The position numbers and the translations under genes were made by a program. A stretch of 64,000 bases of DNA from Candidatus Nezhaarchaeales archaeon (lineage in GTDB: Archaea > Thermoproteota > Methanomethylicia > Nezhaarchaeales > WYZ-LMO8), in NCBI GenBank assembly GCA_038887515.1, contig JAWAKK010000001.1:480001-544000 (forward strand), written 5' to 3'. Of the stretch, positions 59,979 to 64,000 are shown piece after piece (positions within the stretch are counted from its first letter, which is position 1; every line of letters begins with the position of its first letter). Below the pieces are notes generated by a model, which was not told where the DNA came from, searched no databases, and saw only the letters and a list, made by a program, of their open reading frames with translations.

Positions 59979-60037
59979 CGGGATGATGATGAAGGGATGA
60001 GGGGCTTTCTAGTGCTCGAAATCCGCGGGACTGACCG
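59979..60037 (+). ncRNA. Box C/D sRNA candidate
   Basis: AUGAUGA(UGA) 59983-59992, CUGA 60031-60034, CGG/CCG flanks, AT-rich TATA-like box at 59951-59960. Internal C'/D' unclear. Confidence 0.55.
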
Positions 60038-60040
60038 CTT

Positions 60041-60766
60041 ATGATAAGGGGTTTGTTTATAGCCGGTGGAGGCTTTTTTGGATCCAAGGCTTTACGCGAA
60101 GCTTCAAACTATGCCTCAATAGTAGTTGTCGACGTCGATAAGGATTGTCTTGCAAGTAAAGACGTTGAGCTCGTAGTCTCGTTAGAGGGGCTAAGCAAAG
60201 AGCACTTTAAGAGCTTAAAGTCTATTCTAGTAGTCGGAGATTCGTCAAGTGTTTTAAGTAAGGCACTTCTCCTAGGCTTTAAGCCATCACTGGTAATCCC
60301 AGCAATTCCAAGACACTTTGCTGCGGATTTCCTAAAGCATGAACTTGAGGCTTAGGGCTTCAAAGTAATGCCCTCTCCCGACGTTATGAGGGCAAGCTTG
60401 AAATCTTTCCCTAAAGATTTGGTGGTGAATCTAAGCTTTAAGGACTCGGTATTCACGTGTAGCTACATGTCATCATGGTCTAAATGTTTGATCCCTTGCA
60501 CCCAGCCTGATACTTGTCCCGTCACAGGCGTATCGAAGCCTAGGCCAATGATCAAGGTTGTTGAAGAAGTCGTACGTTTCGCGGATCTCGCTTTAACATT
60601 GGAGAGCAAAAGGATTGGGGATTTCAGTGGAGGCTTTGAGTTTGACGTTATATGGGATTTCATAAACAAAGTTAAGATTAAAGCTACTAGGAGCGACGTC
60701 ATCGTTTACATAGCAACTGCATGCAGGTGCCACGGCGTGGCAAACTTCTTTAAAGTCGTCAAATAA
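60041..60766 (+). pseudogene. Rossmann-fold (TrkA-N-like) Cys-rich protein interrupted by one in-frame TAG
   Basis: GGGFFG, then IPAIPRH...ELEA-TAG(60353-60355)-GFKVMP. The same frame continues to SY...C...C.QP..CPVTG...ATACRCHGV. Confidence 0.75.
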
Positions 60767-60932
60767 GGTCCGCCTTGATTGTGTAACTCCTTTATCGGCT
60801 TTCTCATGGTAAGCCTTTAATTTAGGATCCGCTTAAGTATTGTGAGCCTTTTAAGTACGTAGACTTTCATTTTACAGTTATCCCTTAATTTAGGGAGTAC
60901 TTCGAGGAAAAATAATTCTAAGTAACAGAGAG

Positions 60933-61721
60933 TTAAATTGATGTAACGAAAAAGCAGGAGGCATCCCCCTTAGCTACGCATTTTAATTCATGAAAATACA
61001 TCGTCTTGTTAAAGTATCGCGAAGCAAAACCACTCAGGATCCCTCTCAACCACTGGCTAAAGCACTTATTTAGACCCTTAACCAAACTGCATTCTATGCT
61101 ATCTAGAAGTTCTACTTCAATTGACGAGTCTTCAAATCTCACATCTATGTTCCTAGCAAATCCACAAGAAAATAGGTAAGCGGTTAAGGCTTCCCACAGC
61201 TCCCTCCCCTTAAGCCTCCTTTGGGCATAGTCCTCGAAGATCGCGGACCCCATTTCGAAACCCTCGTGAAATAAGAATGCTTCGCCCCCGCTTCCAAACT
61301 TGTCTCTGATCTTAATTAGCCAGGCCTTAAGTGTTGTAGCCCTAATTATAATTGCCCTCTCACCTGCAAATATCAGTGGAAAGTGGCATTGATCGTATGT
61401 AAGCCCCTTGAGCGTAGGCCTTATTATCTTGACCTCCACTAAGTTCTTTATAGCTCTCTCTATTGCCTCTTTGACCTCCTCTGGCGATACAGTAGCTCTG
61501 CTAAAATCATAGAAGACTATAAAGGGCGCGTAGGAACCTGGCTCAGCTGGGCCTGAATTCATTATGTGAAGAACCGTCAGGTTATATTTAGCTGCAACCT
61601 CCAGTATGGTAGACATTATACCCGGTCTCACGATATGCTTAATGAAGAAGCCGTAAACACCTTCCTTCAAAATAAGCCTACCTAGATGTAGTGGAATGCA
61701 TTCGCACTCATCTTGATACAA
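60933..61721 (-). CDS. ACT plus V4R domain protein
   Basis: RPGIM (ACT), LFHEGFEMG, SIEC, RGILSG, ELKCVAKGDASCFF. Confidence 0.85.
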   Translation of the reverse strand: MYQDECECIPLHLGRLILKEGVYGFFIKHIVRPGIMSTILEVAAKYNLTVLHIMNSGPAEPGSYAPFIVFYDFSRATVSPEEVKEAIERAIKNLVEVKIIRPTLKGLTYDQCHFPLIFAGERAIIIRATTLKAWLIKIRDKFGSGGEAFLFHEGFEMGSAIFEDYAQRRLKGRELWEALTAYLFSCGFARNIDVRFEDSSIEVELLDSIECSLVKGLNKCFSQWLRGILSGFASRYFNKTMYFHELKCVAKGDASCFFVTSI

Positions 61722-61886
61722 TAATTGTACACCCCTTCTACCGGGTTCTAAGAAGCGTGATAGTCGGAGGTGTGTCTATAGTATTTATTGTCTTCTTTGA
61801 ACTTAAAAGCATTATCTTTAAGAGCTCGCCCTTTGCCAAGCAATCTTAATTAAAATCCTCCCACTACATGATATTAGGTCATTGAG

Positions 61887-62427
61887 TTGAACGAAGAAAA
61901 GGAAGGAACAAAGATTGAAGATATGGCGGGCGACTTTAGCGTATTAAGTAATCCAACAAGACTCAAGCTTTTGATTAATATTCACGAAAAAGGGCCTTGC
62001 ACTTTAAGAGAGCTCATAGAAAACGCTCAGCGTGACGAAAGTACGATTAAGAGGCATTTAAAAGAGCTTATAGACCGTGGCTTCATAGCAAGGTCCTGTG
62101 ACAAGAAGCCTAAGTACTACATAACTAATAAAGGTATTTTAGCCATAACGTTTTTAAGAGTTAAGGTCGAGCCAACAATCGTGCAAGACCTAGCGAAGCA
62201 CGATGAAGTCAAAGTTAAGGTTCGCAGTGGAAGACCTTTCTCCAACTTTTCTTATGCCATTAAAAAAAGCAGGCTTTAAGAGAATTGCATTATACTCAGT
62301 GTCCATTACTTGTATATTTTTAGGTTTATTAGGGCTTGTAGTTTCAAGTGTCGAGCTCCTCTATAGGATTTTATGGTTACTGCTTTGGCTTATCATAGCC
62401 TACGTCTTTAAGTCTCTCGCTTCTTAA
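61887..62427 (+). pseudogene. ArsR-family wHTH regulator with C-terminal TM helices, split by a shift at A7 62262-62268
   Basis: LSNPTRLKLL...STIKRHLKEL...YYITNKG. Removing one A joins ...YAIKK to AGFKRIALYSVSITCIFLG (2 TM). Confidence 0.6.
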
Positions 62428-62430
62428 AGT

Positions 62431-63606
62431 CTAGCTCATCTCTTGAACTGCTTTCTCGATCCTCTCCAGCCCAAGCTCTATATTGGGTATGGAAGTGGCA
62501 TAACAGAACCTTAAGTATCCCTCACCACTAGGTCCAAAAGCCGAACCAGGAATAGTCGCTACGGCTGCTTTTTCTAGTATAAGCTCTGCAAGCTCTGTTG
62601 ACTTTACTCCTAGTTCCTTTACGTTAGCGAATACGTAGAAGGCTCCTTTGGGCATTTTAGCCTTAAACCCTGTTATTCTATTTATCCTCTCAACCATGAA
62701 ACGCCTGCGCTTATCATACTCTTTAACCATTTCATCGATGAACTTATTTACCTCAGGGTTCTTAAGGCCTTCTAGCACTGCCATCTGAGAAGGGCTTGGA
62801 GCGTTGACTATCGTATACTGTTGCAACTTCAACATTTCATTCACTAACCTTTTACTTGCAGCTACGTAGCCTATCCTCCAACCGCACATAGCGAAGGTCT
62901 TTGAAAACGAGTTAACAGTTATGGCCAACTCTTCCATGCCTGGTATTGAAGCTATACTGTAGTGTTTAGCTCCGTCGTATACCAGTTTTTCATATACTTC
63001 ATCCGATATAACGTATATCCCGTTATCCATAGCTATTTCGGCTATCCCTCTGATATCCCTTAGCTCCAATACGGAACCCGTGGGGTTATGAGGCGTATTT
63101 AAGAAGATGCACTTTGTCTTCGAGGTAATTAGTTCATTTACTTTCTCCGGAATCATTCTAAAATCTTCTTCCTCGTCAAGGGGGACTCTAACAGGCTTGC
63201 CGCCAGCCATGATTACCACGGCTTCGTATATTACGAAGCCGGGATCGGGGATCAAAACTTCGTCTCCAGGTTCGACTAACGCTAAAGTTGACAATAGGAG
63301 CCCCATTGAAGCCCCAGCAGTAACCATAACGTTTTCGGCTTTAGCGTCGACGTTGTTTTCAACTCTAAGCTTCTCGGCTATAGCCTCTCTGAGCTCAAAA
63401 AAGCCGGCGTTAGGTGTATAATGCGTATAGCCGAGGTCTATAGCCCTCTTACCAGCCTCCTTAATACATGGAGGCGTTTCAAAATCTGGTTCCCCTATTC
63501 CAAAATTTATTACGCCCGACATTTTTTGGGCTAGGTCGAAAAGTCTCCTAATGCCCGAAGGAGTTATGATTCTCGTCCTGAAGCTTAGCTCTTTAGGCTT
63601 CTTCAA
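62431..63606 (-). CDS. PLP aminotransferase class I/II (aspartate aminotransferase-like)
   Basis: GEPDF, NTPHNPTG, SDEVY, SFSKTFAMCGWRIG, PGSAFG. Confidence 0.93.
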   Translation of the reverse strand: MKKPKELSFRTRIITPSGIRRLFDLAQKMSGVINFGIGEPDFETPPCIKEAGKRAIDLGYTHYTPNAGFFELREAIAEKLRVENNVDAKAENVMVTAGASMGLLLSTLALVEPGDEVLIPDPGFVIYEAVVIMAGGKPVRVPLDEEEDFRMIPEKVNELITSKTKCIFLNTPHNPTGSVLELRDIRGIAEIAMDNGIYVISDEVYEKLVYDGAKHYSIASIPGMEELAITVNSFSKTFAMCGWRIGYVAASKRLVNEMLKLQQYTIVNAPSPSQMAVLEGLKNPEVNKFIDEMVKEYDKRRRFMVERINRITGFKAKMPKGAFYVFANVKELGVKSTELAELILEKAAVATIPGSAFGPSGEGYLRFCYATSIPNIELGLERIEKAVQEMS

Positions 63607-63687
63607 GTCTAACCCCCTTCACGCGAAGTCTCTCAACAACAAGGGTTGTAGCTAGTTAAATCTATCTCAATTCGTTATAGTTGAAGT

Positions 63688-64000
63688 TTAGGTTATTGGC
63701 TTTAGGTAGTCTTGACCTCGCGCTTCAGGTGAACCTATTAGAAGCCTATAATGATCGAGCTTCCCTCTCCAGTAGACTAGCTCCACTTTGCCTCGAGCTT
63801 CGAACTTCTCACCTTCCTCTACTATACCCATATAGAGCCCCTCGTAGCTACATAGCTCCGTCAAACCTTCGACGATAGGTCCGTTTAAGACCTCCACATC
63901 TCCTACGAGCCACTTTGAAGGCATGAATATGGATTCTGAAGAATCCAGCACAACCCCTCTAATAGTGGCTAAGCCTACCGGCTTATACGTAAACTCGCCG
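63688..64000 (-). CDS. C-terminus of predicted archaeal nucleotidyltransferase (COG1665-like), 5'-truncated
   Basis: Frame open to the window edge. SIFMPS...SYEGLY....EEGEKFEARGKVELV...LIGS. Confidence 0.65.
   Translation of the reverse strand, partial: GEFTYKPVGLATIRGVVLDSSESIFMPSKWLVGDVEVLNGPIVEGLTELCSYEGLYMGIVEEGEKFEARGKVELVYWRGKLDHYRLLIGSPEARGQDYLKPIT

Noticed and set aside
62261-62269. A-AAA-AAG programmed -1 frameshift
   Set aside because: The motif is out of phase with the ArsR frame, and the join needs +1, not -1.
861-63878. Numerous antisense or overlapping short ORFs in the track (e.g. 30701..31183, 33152..33559, 46646..47053)
   Set aside because: They are shadows of well-supported genes on the opposite strand, with no motifs.
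1-64000. CRISPR array, tRNA, rRNA, integrase or transposase
   Set aside because: I saw no regularly spaced repeats, cloverleaf, rRNA-length conserved tract or recombinase/transposase motif by eye.

Overview
Gene-dense chromosomal window from an archaeon. The Thermoproteota/TACK assignment is inferred from arcadin-1, ThermoDBP/DUF2258, a CdvB-type ESCRT-III, Alba and PGI/PMI. CofE, CitG-like, an LLM oxidoreductase and NrpR hint at an F420-using anaerobe. I see no rRNA, tRNA, CRISPR array, integrase or transposase. Contents: a partly decayed glycerol/monoglyceride operon (1-4752), an intact peptide-type ABC transporter whose two ATPase genes share an exact 94-bp segment, leuCD, a type II (eukaryote/Thermotoga-like) NADP-IDH, an NrpR/glutamate-synthase pair, a KaiC-like ATPase, a reductive-dehalogenase homologue lacking two conserved active-site residues, and many housekeeping genes. 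Elements missed by the ORF track include three box C/D sRNA candidates, a 21-aa Lys-rich peptide gene with its own promoter and RBS, a 26-bp perfect palindrome and a strand-biased RNA hairpin. The best candidate for an undescribed system is the co-directional minus-strand run 59134->55209: membrane protein, Walker-less HerA/VirB4-like protein with a likely C-terminal wHTH, 67-aa ORF, divergent full-length RadA paralogue, SWIM zinc finger, hypothetical. It resembles a DNA-transfer module coupled to a Shu-complex-like recombination mediator. All family calls come from motif recognition by eye, without database searches.
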